Assembly (NCBI GenBank): GCA_050174015.1
Contig: JBFXKG010000002.1
Span: 192,001-256,000, forward strand
Source: Candidatus Krumholzibacteriia bacterium
Lineage (GTDB): Bacteria; Krumholzibacteriota; Krumholzibacteriia; LZORAL124-64-63
Length of the DNA: 64,000 nucleotides
Direction: 5' to 3'
Below the pieces are notes generated by a model that was not told where the DNA came from, did no database searches, and worked only from the letters and a program-made list of their open reading frames with translations. Made by a program: the position numbers and the translations under genes. Below, piece by piece: positions 8,994-18,632 of this stretch. How positions within the stretch are numbered: the stretch's first letter is position 1; the number at the start of each line of letters is the position of its first letter.

Positions 8994-10740
8994 CCGGATC
9001 GCCGGCATGGTTCTCGCGGCGGGGCTCGGGACCCGGCTGGCCCCCCTGACCGACCACCTGCCCAAGCCCCTGTGGCCGGTGGGCGGGCGGACCCTGCTGG
9101 ACCGCGCCGTCGACGCCTTGCTGGACATCGGCTGCAGTCCCGTGGTCGTCAACACCCACCATCTCGCCGACAGGATCGCGGGGCACCTCGCCGGACGGAC
9201 GGCCCGCCGGGAGGTCGTCATCAGCCATGAGCCGCTGATCCTGGGCACGGGGGGCGCCCTCGACGGGGCCCGGGCGCACCTCGCCGGCGCGGATCAGGTG
9301 GTCCTGTACAACGGCGACGTGCTTTGCTCGGTGGACCTGGAGGGCCTGGTGGCGGCCCATCTGAGGGCCGTGTCCCTGGCCACCTTGCTGGTGACGGACT
9401 GGCCGGAGGTCAACTCGGTCGGCGTCGCCCGGGACGGCAGGGTCGTGTCGATCGCCGGCCGTCCACCCGCCTCGGCAGAGGCCTCCGGCGACGCCGCGGC
9501 GGAGCGCGCGCTGACGTATACCGGCATCGCCGTGCTGGCCCGTCCCTTCCTGGACCTGGTGGGGCAGGGGCACAGTCCGCTGGTCGATCCCCTGGTCGAG
9601 GCTCTGGTGCGCGAGCCCGGCGGCGTCCGTGCTCATCAACCCCCGGGCCTCCTCTGGTCGGACCTCGGCACCCTCGGGCGCTATCTGGAGGCTGTGGCTG
9701 CGGCTCCCGATCCGGGACCCGGCGCTCCGCCGGGCCCCGTCGAGGCCATCACCGGCCACGGGTCGGACCGCCGATTCTGGCGGTTGAGCGTGGGGGACTG
9801 GTCCGCCGTGGCCATGCTCAGTCCCCGGGACGACCCCGAATTCGACCGGGCGGCGGAGGTGGCCCGTGCGCTTTCCGCACGCGGCCTCGGGGGTGCGTCC
9901 GTCCTGGCCGCCGACGTCCCCGGTCGCGCCCTGCTCACCGAGGATCTCGGTCCGGATTCGCTGTGGGCCTGCCACCCGGCCTGGGATGGGGACGAGGCCC
10001 GGTGGCTCGAGGCCTACGAACCGGTGGTCGATCTCCTGCTGCGCCTGCAGGGGTCGTCCGACGCCCTGATCCGCGCCTGTCCGGCCTGCGGGGACCGGAC
10101 GCTCGACCGGGGCCAACTTCGGGGGGAGACGGAGTACTTCCAGACCCGGTTCCTGGCCACGCACCTGGGCCTGCCGGCCCGGGACATCCACGATCTCGAC
10201 GGCGAATGCGAGCTTCTGGCCACCGCCGTCGCCGGCCAGCCCCAGGTGGTGATCCACCGGGACTTCCAGTCCCAGAACATCCATCTGACGGCGGCCGGCC
10301 CCCGGCTCGTCGACGTCCAGGGGATGCGTCTGGGCCCGGTCGCCTACGACGCCATGGCCCTGCTGTGGGACCCATACGTTCCCCTGCCCGACCGGGTGCG
10401 CCGCGAGCTCTGGCTGAGGTTCGACGAGGGGGTCGCGCGGCGCGTGGGCGGCCGGTTCACGGAGCCCGACCTTCACGCCATGGGCATCGGCGCCGGGCTG
10501 CAGCGGATCATGCAGGCCCTGGGCGCCTACGGGTTCCTGGGTCACGTCAAGGGCAAGCGGAAGTTCCTGGACCATGTGCCCCGGGCCTGGGATCATCTGG
10601 GCCGATTGCTCGCCATGCTCGAGGAAGCGAGGACGCCGGGCGCCGGGAATTCCCCGTGGCTGCCCCCGCCGCTGCCCCGCCTGCACCGGCTGTGGCGGAG
10701 CGCGTCCCCGCCCCGGACCACCCCCGAAGGAGAGGCATGA
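8986..10740 (+). CDS. Fusion of MurU-like nucleotidyltransferase and AmgK-like anomeric MurNAc/GlcNAc kinase
   Basis: N-half MVLAAGLGTRL-x-PLT-x-x-x-PKPL, LGTGG, NGD, WSDLGT; C-half GHGSDRRFWR, HRDFQSQNI, DVQGMRLGP, QALGAYG. Confidence 0.8.
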   Translation: MGDRIAGMVLAAGLGTRLAPLTDHLPKPLWPVGGRTLLDRAVDALLDIGCSPVVVNTHHLADRIAGHLAGRTARREVVISHEPLILGTGGALDGARAHLAGADQVVLYNGDVLCSVDLEGLVAAHLRAVSLATLLVTDWPEVNSVGVARDGRVVSIAGRPPASAEASGDAAAERALTYTGIAVLARPFLDLVGQGHSPLVDPLVEALVREPGGVRAHQPPGLLWSDLGTLGRYLEAVAAAPDPGPGAPPGPVEAITGHGSDRRFWRLSVGDWSAVAMLSPRDDPEFDRAAEVARALSARGLGGASVLAADVPGRALLTEDLGPDSLWACHPAWDGDEARWLEAYEPVVDLLLRLQGSSDALIRACPACGDRTLDRGQLRGETEYFQTRFLATHLGLPARDIHDLDGECELLATAVAGQPQVVIHRDFQSQNIHLTAAGPRLVDVQGMRLGPVAYDAMALLWDPYVPLPDRVRRELWLRFDEGVARRVGGRFTEPDLHAMGIGAGLQRIMQALGAYGFLGHVKGKRKFLDHVPRAWDHLGRLLAMLEEARTPGAGNSPWLPPPLPRLHRLWRSASPPRTTPEGEA

Positions 10741-11984
10741 CGACGCACGAGGAAAGTCCCGGCCGGAACCGGGCCCGCCCGGGACGGTGGGACGCCTGGC
10801 AGCTGACCTCGGTCGCGCTCCTGCTGGTGGCCGCCAACCTGTCCATCGCCCTCAGCCAGATCCTCCTGGGGATTTCCCTGGCGGTGATGCTGGGCCGCAG
10901 GCTCGTGGCCCGGACCGCCTGGCCGGTCACGGGGCTGGAATGGCCCGTCCTGTCGCTGGCGTTCTGGGCCCTGGCGGTCCTGCCCTTTTCCAGCGATCCG
11001 GTCCAGTCCCTGGTGTTCTACCGGCGTTTCTTCCTGTTCGGCGCGATCTGGGCGGGAGCTGCGGCGGTCCGGAGCGAGGGCAGCCGCCGCGGGCTGGCGG
11101 GCGCCCTGCTCGCCGGCGCCGTGCTGATCAGCGTCTACGGTCAGGTCCGCGTCTGGCGGGAGACGGGGTCCCTGTTCGACGTGCGGCTGGGGGAGATGTC
11201 CAACCCCATGACCAGCGGCTGCCTGCTGATGCTGGTCCTGCTGGTGGCGGCGGGAATCCTGCTGACCCCGGGAGTCGGAGCGCGGGCGCGCTGGTTGCTG
11301 GGCCTGGCGGCGCTGCCGGTGGCCGTCGGCCTGATCCAGACCATGACCCGCAGCGCCTGGCTGGGCCTGGCCGCGGGATCGGGCCTGATCCTGCTGCTGC
11401 GGGACCGGCGGTGGCTCGCGGTCTACGTCCTGGGGGCGGCGGCGGTCCTGGTGGTCGTGCCCAGGCTGGCCGAGCGCAACGCCGATGAGCGTCTGGCCGG
11501 CCGCCTGACTCCCGGATACGTCGCCGAGGGCCAGAACACGAGCCGCAGGCTGGAGATGTGGCGGGCCGGCTGGCGGATCATCCGGGACCATCCCGTCACC
11601 GGGATCGGCGACCGGGACCTCGCCGAGGTCCTGCCCGCCTACTACGGCGACCAGGACACGGTCTATTTCGGGCACCTGCACAGCAACCTGGTGATGCTGG
11701 CGGTGATCTGGGGCATCCCGGGGTTTTTGCTGGCCATGGGGTTTTTCCTCGTTACCTTGGTGCGGCCCTGGCGCCTGTGGGTGCAGCTGGGCGGGACCGG
11801 CCCCCCCCGGGAGCCCTGGCGGCGGGGGTGGGCCCTGGGCGCGGCGGGCGCCGCGGCCGGCTTCTTCGCCGCCGGCCTGACCGAGTGGTACTTCGGCGAC
11901 GCCGAATCGATGCTCCTGTTCCTGACCATTCTGGGTGTCGCCCTGGGCTCCGGGCGTCATTCCGAGGATACCGGCCATGCCTGA
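10737..11984 (+). CDS. O-antigen ligase family membrane protein
   Basis: Multiple TM helices, TMTRSAWLG, R-x-x-MW, HPVTGIG, HLHSN. Confidence 0.85.
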   Translation: MTTHEESPGRNRARPGRWDAWQLTSVALLLVAANLSIALSQILLGISLAVMLGRRLVARTAWPVTGLEWPVLSLAFWALAVLPFSSDPVQSLVFYRRFFLFGAIWAGAAAVRSEGSRRGLAGALLAGAVLISVYGQVRVWRETGSLFDVRLGEMSNPMTSGCLLMLVLLVAAGILLTPGVGARARWLLGLAALPVAVGLIQTMTRSAWLGLAAGSGLILLLRDRRWLAVYVLGAAAVLVVVPRLAERNADERLAGRLTPGYVAEGQNTSRRLEMWRAGWRIIRDHPVTGIGDRDLAEVLPAYYGDQDTVYFGHLHSNLVMLAVIWGIPGFLLAMGFFLVTLVRPWRLWVQLGGTGPPREPWRRGWALGAAGAAAGFFAAGLTEWYFGDAESMLLFLTILGVALGSGRHSEDTGHA

Positions 11985-13545
11985 CCGCACTTCGACCTTC
12001 CCCCGCCGCAGCGGCGTCCTGCTGCATCCTACCTGTCTGCCGGGTCCCGACGGCATCGGGGATCTGGGGCCGGCCGCCTTCCGCTTCGTGGACTGGCTGG
12101 CGGACAACGGCCAGGCCTGGTGGCAGGTGCTGCCCCTGGGCCCCACGAGCTTCGGCGATTCGCCCTACCAGACCCTGTCCGCCTACGCGGGCAACCCCCT
12201 GCTGATCGACCTGGGCGATCTGGAGGACCTCGGCTGGCTCGGTCAGGTGCAGGATGGCGCCCGCCCCGGGTTCGCCGCGGACCGGGTGGACTTCGGGGAG
12301 GTCATCGCCTGGAAGACGAGGCGGTTGCGGGAAGCCTGGACCGGTTTCCTCGGGCGAGCCGCCGGGTCGGTCTGGGAGGAATTCCGCTCCTGGTCCGCGG
12401 AGCACGCGGCCTGGGTGGACGACTTCGCCCTGTTCATGGCGCTCAAGGACGATCAGGGCGGCAAGCCCTGGGCGGCATGGCCCGCCCCGCTGGTGAAGAG
12501 GGATGCCGAGGCGCTGGCCGGTGCGGCCTCCCGCCTGGAGAAGGAGATCGCCTTCCACCGCTTCGTCCAGTGGGTGTTCCACCGCCAGTGGTCCCGCCTG
12601 CGGGCGCACGCCCGGCATCGGGGGGTCGGGTTCATCGGCGACGTCCCCATCTTCGTGGCCCACGACTCGAGCGACGTCTGGGCCCGCCAGGATCTCTTCC
12701 AGCTCGATGGAACCGGTCGACCGACCAGCGTCGCGGGCGTGCCGCCCGATTACTTCAGCAAGACCGGCCAGCTCTGGGGCAATCCCCTGTACGACTGGCG
12801 GGCGGCCGCCGCCGAGGAATACGCCTGGTGGGTGGGCCGCCTGAAGGCCTGCCTGGGGCTGGTGGACGTGGTGCGCCTGGACCACTTCCGCGGCTTCGAA
12901 GCCTGCTGGGAGGTGCCCGCGGGCGCGAAGACGGCCGAACTCGGCCGCTGGGCGCCCGGACCCGGCGCCGCGTTCTTCACCCGTCTGCAGCGGGAATTCG
13001 GGGAGGATCTGCCCCTGATCGCGGAGGACCTGGGGGTGATCACCGAGGCGGTGGACGACCTCCGGCGCGGGTTCGGCCTGCCCGGGATGAAGGTCCTGCA
13101 GTTCGCCTGGAGCGGGCCGGACAACGCCTTTTTGCCCCACGAACACGAAACCGACGCCGTGGTCTACGGGGGGACCCACGACAACGATCCCACGCTGGGC
13201 TGGTGGCAGCACCTGGCCGACGCTGACACCCGCGCCCTGGTCGCCGAATACGCCGGCTGCGAGGTCGCCGAACCCAACTGGACCCTGATCAGGCTGGGCA
13301 TGATGTCCCCGGCCCACACCTTCATCGCGACCATGCAGGACGTCCTGGATCTGGGCCGCGAGGGCCGCATGAACCTGCCGGGCGAGGGACGAGGCAACTG
13401 GAACTGGCGCATGGGCGACGACGCCTTCGACCATCCCGGCGGCGAGCGGCTGGCCCGCCTGACCTGGCTCTACCGGCGGAGGCCCGACCAGGCTCCCGCC
13501 GGACGCGTCGATCCGGAACCCCCTCCGGCGGAAAGCCTCCGTTGA
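11977..13545 (+). CDS. malQ: 4-alpha-glucanotransferase (amylomaltase, GH77)
   Basis: RSGVLLHPT-x-LPG, WQVLPL, GDVPIFV, GQLWGNPLY, RLDHFRG, AEDLG, THDND. Confidence 0.95.
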   Translation: MPDRTSTFPRRSGVLLHPTCLPGPDGIGDLGPAAFRFVDWLADNGQAWWQVLPLGPTSFGDSPYQTLSAYAGNPLLIDLGDLEDLGWLGQVQDGARPGFAADRVDFGEVIAWKTRRLREAWTGFLGRAAGSVWEEFRSWSAEHAAWVDDFALFMALKDDQGGKPWAAWPAPLVKRDAEALAGAASRLEKEIAFHRFVQWVFHRQWSRLRAHARHRGVGFIGDVPIFVAHDSSDVWARQDLFQLDGTGRPTSVAGVPPDYFSKTGQLWGNPLYDWRAAAAEEYAWWVGRLKACLGLVDVVRLDHFRGFEACWEVPAGAKTAELGRWAPGPGAAFFTRLQREFGEDLPLIAEDLGVITEAVDDLRRGFGLPGMKVLQFAWSGPDNAFLPHEHETDAVVYGGTHDNDPTLGWWQHLADADTRALVAEYAGCEVAEPNWTLIRLGMMSPAHTFIATMQDVLDLGREGRMNLPGEGRGNWNWRMGDDAFDHPGGERLARLTWLYRRRPDQAPAGRVDPEPPPAESLR

Positions 13546-14738
13546 ACAGGTGGCGCGCCATCAGCGGCGACTTCCGCCGCATGCTCCTGGCCACCCTCTT
13601 CTTCGGGGCGGTGGCGGGCATCTTCACCAGCACCTTGAACAACTATCTGGCCGACGTCCACGACTTCGACGCCGGCAACCGGGGCTGGCTGGAACTTCCC
13701 CGCGAGCTGCCCGGGTTCCTCATCTTCTTCGTCATGGGCCTGCTGCTGGTGCGCCTGCGCGAGAGCCGCATCGCGGTCCTGGCCATGGTCCTGACCGCCG
13801 CAGGCGCCCTGGGCCTGGGGTACCTGTCCAGCGGCATGGCCCTGCTCGTCCTGGTGATCGTGATCTGGTCCCTGGGCGACCACATCATCTTCGCGGTGGA
13901 GGGCCCCCTGGGACTCAAGCTGGCGAAGAAAGGGGGAGAGGGCCGGCGACTGGGCCAGCTGGGAGGGGCCCGCAACCTGGGCACCATCCTGGGAGTGTCG
14001 GTAGTCTGGCTGCTGGCCAAGCTGGTGGGCGACCGCTACGACCTGTTCTACCTGCTGGGGGCGGTCTTCGCGGCCCTGGCGGGTTTCTTCTACTGGCGGC
14101 TGCAGCTGGGCAAGCAGGATCCCCCGTCGCGGCGCCTGGTCTACCGCCGGGAATACCGCATCTTCTACGCCATCAGCGCCCTTTTCGGCATCCGCAAGCA
14201 GATCTTCCTGGTCTTCGGGACCTGGGTGCTGGTCTCCCTGCACGGGGTCCCGGTGTCCACCATCGCCCTGCTCTACTTCATCGCCTCCACCCTGGGCGTG
14301 ATCATGCGGCCCCTGCTGGGCGACGTCATCGACTGGCTGGGGGAACGGACCGTCCTGGCGGCCGACGAGCTGCTGCTGCTGGCCGTGTGCCTCGTCTACG
14401 CCTTCGCCTCGGACGTCCTGCCGCAGCCGTGGGATCTGCGGGTCCTCTACGGGGCCTACGTCCTTGACCACGTCCTGTTCGCCCTGCGGGTCGCCCGGAC
14501 CACGTACCTGAAGAAGATCGCGGTCGATCCCGCCGACATCACCCCGACGGTCTCCCTGGGGATCACCATCGATCACGCGGTGGCCATGTCCCTGCCCGTG
14601 CTGTCGGGCTGGATCTGGGAGCGCCACGGCCACCAGTACGTCTTCCTGCTGGCGGGGGCCATCGCCCTGGCGGGGTTCTTCATCTGCCTGCGGATCCGGG
14701 TGCCGGCGCCGCAGACCGCCGCGGAACCGGTCGGATGA
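13542..14738 (+). CDS. MFS transporter
   Basis: About 12 hydrophobic segments, ELPRELPG, G-x-x-ID-x-x-GER loop. Confidence 0.82.
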   Translation: MNRWRAISGDFRRMLLATLFFGAVAGIFTSTLNNYLADVHDFDAGNRGWLELPRELPGFLIFFVMGLLLVRLRESRIAVLAMVLTAAGALGLGYLSSGMALLVLVIVIWSLGDHIIFAVEGPLGLKLAKKGGEGRRLGQLGGARNLGTILGVSVVWLLAKLVGDRYDLFYLLGAVFAALAGFFYWRLQLGKQDPPSRRLVYRREYRIFYAISALFGIRKQIFLVFGTWVLVSLHGVPVSTIALLYFIASTLGVIMRPLLGDVIDWLGERTVLAADELLLLAVCLVYAFASDVLPQPWDLRVLYGAYVLDHVLFALRVARTTYLKKIAVDPADITPTVSLGITIDHAVAMSLPVLSGWIWERHGHQYVFLLAGAIALAGFFICLRIRVPAPQTAAEPVG

Positions 14739-14767
14739 TTTTCCCGGAAGGTTCAGGGGACCGGGTT

Positions 14768-14797
14768 TTGCTTTTGACGGGGTCCGTGGGTTATAAT
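14768..14797 (+). promoter_or_regulatory. sigma70-type promoter
   Basis: TTGCTT-18 bp-TATAAT upstream of EEP lipoprotein gene. Confidence 0.55.
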
Positions 14798-14841
14798 GTC
14801 AGTTGGAATCCTGGTTACGGGGAGAAGGAAGGCCTTTGCCG

Positions 14842-15774
14842 ATGAACCGCCGCATGCAGATCGTCGTTTGCGCGCCCGCCCTCGCGCTGCTGCTGCTTCT
14901 GGGGTCCTGCGGGACCACGGAGAAGAGCACCGCGCCCGAGGACGTCAATCCCTTCGCCGCCGCCACGGTGGGCACCGACACCACCCTGGAGATCATCACC
15001 TGGAACCTGGAGAACTTCGCCAAGAACGGGGCCGCGACCGTCGCCTACGTCGCGGACGCCGTCAGCGCCCTTGACGTGGACATCGTGGCGATGCAGGAAG
15101 TGATGAACGTGGTGCAGTTCCGCGCCCTCGACGAGGCCCTGCCCGGCTGGGACGGGTACCGGGCCGTGAGCGCCTACGCGGACATGAACCTGGCGTTCCT
15201 GTACCGCAACGGCGGTCCCCTGGTCGTCGAATCCATCTACGAGATCCTCTCCGACGAATACGCCCTGCCGCGCAGCCCCCTGGTCCTGCAGGGATCCTTT
15301 GCCGGCCAGCCGCTGGTGGTCATCAACAACCACTACAAGTGTTGCGGGGACAACCGGATCGAACCGACCAACGAACGGGACGAGGAGACCCGCCGGCGGG
15401 ACGCGAGTATCCTCCTCGACGATTTCATCACCCGGAACTTCGCCGGGGTGCGCGTGGTGGTGGTGGGCGACTTCAACGACGAACTGACGGACGACCAGGA
15501 GGACAACGTCTTCGACGTTTTCCTTCAGGCGCCCGACCGTTACCGGTTCGTGGACCTGGACATCGCCTCGGGTCCGGACAGCGGCTGGTCGTATCCTTCC
15601 TGGCCCAGCCACCTGGATCACATCCTGATCACCAGCGACCTGTTCGACGCGATGGTCCGGCCGGACACCGAAGTCCGCGTGCTGCGGCTCTACGATTACC
15701 TGGCCAGCGGGTGGTCGGAGTACGACAAGAACATCAGCGACCACCTGCCGGTCCTCCTGCGGTTGAAGCCCTGA
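14842..15774 (+). CDS. Endonuclease/exonuclease/phosphatase (DNase I-like) lipoprotein
   Basis: Lipobox LGSC; TWNLENF, AMQEV, NHYK, GDFND, LDHI, SDHLPV. Confidence 0.9.
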   Translation: MNRRMQIVVCAPALALLLLLGSCGTTEKSTAPEDVNPFAAATVGTDTTLEIITWNLENFAKNGAATVAYVADAVSALDVDIVAMQEVMNVVQFRALDEALPGWDGYRAVSAYADMNLAFLYRNGGPLVVESIYEILSDEYALPRSPLVLQGSFAGQPLVVINNHYKCCGDNRIEPTNERDEETRRRDASILLDDFITRNFAGVRVVVVGDFNDELTDDQEDNVFDVFLQAPDRYRFVDLDIASGPDSGWSYPSWPSHLDHILITSDLFDAMVRPDTEVRVLRLYDYLASGWSEYDKNISDHLPVLLRLKP

Positions 15775-15790
15775 ACCGGGCGTTTTTCCG

Positions 15791-15817
15791 GAGCCGCCCC
15801 CGGGCGGCTTTTTTTTT
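15791..15817 (+). terminator. Rho-independent terminator
   Basis: GAGCCGCC-CCCG-GGCGGCTT followed by T run. Confidence 0.85.
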
Positions 15818-15910
15818 CCGGATTTCTTTGTAACTTAAAGAGACGTCGCCCGTATCGATACAGGATCCCGCAGCCCCCACCAGCCGGGTCCGGCAACACT
15901 GGAGTGCATC

Positions 15911-18427
15911 ATGTTCACCAGCAGGGGATTCCGCCCGCCCCATGCGGTTTTCGTCCTCTTATCCCTCGTCGTCCTCATGGCCCCGGGTTGCAGCAGGGAG
16001 TCCCGGCCCGAGGTCTGGATCATCGGCCTGGACGCCGCCGACTGGGATCTCATCGGCCCCCTCATGGACCAGGGCCGCCTGCCCCATCTGGCTTCCCTGC
16101 GGGACGGCGGCGCTCACGGCATCCTGCTGAGCGACGAACCCATGCTTTCTCCCGTGGTCTGGAACAGCATCGCCACCGGCAAGACCGCCGACCAGCACGG
16201 CGTCACCTGGTTCATGACCGACGCCCCGGACGGGAGCAAGGTCCCGGTCGGGACGGCCGACCGGAAGGTCCGCGCCCTGTGGAACATCGCCTCGGAAGCC
16301 GGCCTCACCAGCGGGATCGTCGGCTGGTGGGCGACCTGGCCGGCCGAACCGGTCGCCGGCTTCATGGTCAGCGACGACGTGGGCTGGCATGGGTTCGGGA
16401 TCACCGGCAGCGGCGCCCATGACGCCGGAAAGACCCATCCATCCGAACTGATGGCCGACGTGATGAGGCTGCTGCCCGGCGAGGAGGGGATCGCGCCGGA
16501 GGCGCTGGCCCCCCTGATCGATCTTCCCCTGGAGGAGCTCGCCGGGACCGGTCCGGACAGCACGGCCGCCAAGATCCTGACCAACCTGCGCCAGGCCATG
16601 AGCACGACCATGGCCTACACCGACCTGGTGATCGAGCGGCTGGACGAGGAACGGCCCGACCTGCTGGCCGTCTACTACGAGGGCACCGACACCGTGGCCC
16701 ATCTGTGCGGACGTTTCATGCCGCCCAGGCTGCCCTGGGTCCCGGACCTTGACTTCGCCCGCTATCGGGACGCCGTCTTCGCCTACTGGGAGTGGCAGGA
16801 TGCCCAGCTGGGCAAGCTGCTGGAGAAGCGCGGGCCGCAGACCCTGGTGGTCGTGGTCAGCGACCACGGCTTCCGGCTCGGACCCGAGCGCCGGCGCGAG
16901 GACGAATTCTCCATCGAGACCGCGGACGCCGACCACATGCCCGACGGGGTGGTCATCATCGACGGTCCAGGGGTGGTTCCCGGGGCGAGGATCACCGGTG
17001 CCGACGTGTACGACGTGGCCCCCACGGTGCTTTACGCCCTGGGGCTGCCGGTGGCGGAGGACATGCACGGCCGGGTGCTCACGGACGCCTTCGCGCCCGC
17101 CCGGCTGGACGAGTTTCCGGTCGCCCTCGTGCCGACCTACGAGACCAGTCCCCTGGTCAGGGACGCGGCGCCCCAGCGGGACCTCGAGGCGGTCGCCGGG
17201 CGGGAGAAGATGTTGCGGTCGCTGGGATACCTGTCGGGAGGCCCCACCCGGGACGTTCCTCCTGCGGCCGAGGGCATGTCCCTCGAACAGACGGTCAACC
17301 TGGCGACGGTGCTGATGCATCAGGACAAGGCCTCCGATGCCGCGGTCCTCCTGGAGCGGGCGCGCGAAGCCGCCCCGGACAATTTCGAGGTCAACCTGAA
17401 CCTGGCCCAGGCCCTGGCCCGCTCGGGTCGGGAGGAGGAGGCGGCCGCCCTTTACCGGCGCCTGCTCGTCTCCCATCCGGAATCCATCGCGGCGTGGGAG
17501 GACGCAGCCACCCTCGCGGAGGTCCGCCAGGACTGGGGGGAGGCGGTCCGGATCTACCGGGAAGGGATCGAGGTCCATCCGGGCTGGCTGGACGGGCGGT
17601 CCCGCCTGGGCAGGGCCCTGCTGCTCCAGGGCGATCCCCGTGAGGCGGAGGCCATCCTGCTGGGGGTCCTCGCCGAGGATCCCAGGCACCCGCGCGCCCA
17701 CCTGTTCCTGGGCGAGATCCAGGCCCGGCAGGGCCAGGATTCCCGGGCCCTCGAATCCTGGACGACGGCCCACTCCATCGAACCGGCGGACCCCGGGACC
17801 GCGGTCCTCCTGGCCGGTCTGTACGAGAAACAGGGGCGCCTGGACAAGGCTCTGGAGGTCCTGGGCCGGACCCGGGATCTGGGCGGCCGGGGGCAGGGGC
17901 TTCTCGCCAGGCTCGGCGGAGTCATGCTGAAGGCGGGCATGGTCCAGGAGGCCCTGGCGATCCTGCAGGAGGCGGTCGGGGAGGATCCCGAGGCGGTGGA
18001 CGCCATCGGCAACCTGGGGATGGCTTGCGCCTTGTCCGGCGACCTGCCGGGCGCGGTGGCCCGGTTCTCCCGCCTGGTCGAGCTGGATCCCGACGACGCC
18101 GCCGCCTTCGATCAGCTGGGCTCCTTCTATGCCGGCATGGGCCGGCTCCGGGAGGCGCAGGAGGCCCTGGAACGGGCGGCGGACCTGGATCCCGCCAACG
18201 CCGGCACCCAGCTGCGCCTGGGCCTGGCGCTGCACCGCGACGGCAAGCTCGGCCGGGCTGCGGCGGCCTACCGTCGGGCCATCGAACTGGACCCCGGCCA
18301 GGCGACGGCCTACTACAACCTCGGAATGATCGAGCGCAAGCTGGGGCACGCGGCCCGGGCGCAGGAATTCATCGACAAGGCCCTGCGCCTGGATCCCGAC
18401 CTTTCACGGACCCAGGGGGAGCCCTGA
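15911..18427 (+). CDS. Alkaline phosphatase-superfamily (type I phosphodiesterase) domain plus C-terminal TPR array, probable lipoprotein
   Basis: APGC lipobox-like; IGLDAADW, LSPVVW-x-SIATG, SDHGF, DVAPTVL, LRSLGY; many TPR repeats. Confidence 0.85.
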   Translation: MFTSRGFRPPHAVFVLLSLVVLMAPGCSRESRPEVWIIGLDAADWDLIGPLMDQGRLPHLASLRDGGAHGILLSDEPMLSPVVWNSIATGKTADQHGVTWFMTDAPDGSKVPVGTADRKVRALWNIASEAGLTSGIVGWWATWPAEPVAGFMVSDDVGWHGFGITGSGAHDAGKTHPSELMADVMRLLPGEEGIAPEALAPLIDLPLEELAGTGPDSTAAKILTNLRQAMSTTMAYTDLVIERLDEERPDLLAVYYEGTDTVAHLCGRFMPPRLPWVPDLDFARYRDAVFAYWEWQDAQLGKLLEKRGPQTLVVVVSDHGFRLGPERRREDEFSIETADADHMPDGVVIIDGPGVVPGARITGADVYDVAPTVLYALGLPVAEDMHGRVLTDAFAPARLDEFPVALVPTYETSPLVRDAAPQRDLEAVAGREKMLRSLGYLSGGPTRDVPPAAEGMSLEQTVNLATVLMHQDKASDAAVLLERAREAAPDNFEVNLNLAQALARSGREEEAAALYRRLLVSHPESIAAWEDAATLAEVRQDWGEAVRIYREGIEVHPGWLDGRSRLGRALLLQGDPREAEAILLGVLAEDPRHPRAHLFLGEIQARQGQDSRALESWTTAHSIEPADPGTAVLLAGLYEKQGRLDKALEVLGRTRDLGGRGQGLLARLGGVMLKAGMVQEALAILQEAVGEDPEAVDAIGNLGMACALSGDLPGAVARFSRLVELDPDDAAAFDQLGSFYAGMGRLREAQEALERAADLDPANAGTQLRLGLALHRDGKLGRAAAAYRRAIELDPGQATAYYNLGMIERKLGHAARAQEFIDKALRLDPDLSRTQGEP

Positions 18428-18516
18428 GCCGCTCGGGGCGAACCACGGACCAGGTCAGTGGAAGAGGGGATTCGAAATGGCGGGCCAGGGATCCCGTTTC
18501 TTCATGATTTCACGAT

Positions 18517-18569
18517 AATTTTGTAACAACAAAATTTCCTTGATGCAAAATATATTCTTCCGCTAGGAT
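18517..18569 (+). promoter_or_regulatory. Promoter with upstream inverted-repeat operator
   Basis: AATTTTGT-AACA-ACAAAATT (18517-18536) next to TTGATG-18-TAGGAT. Confidence 0.45.
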
Positions 18570-18632
18570 ATTCCATCCTCGCATGACGGGGTCTCGCCTC
18601 CACCCAATCACCCATTAGGGAGGACCGTCCAG

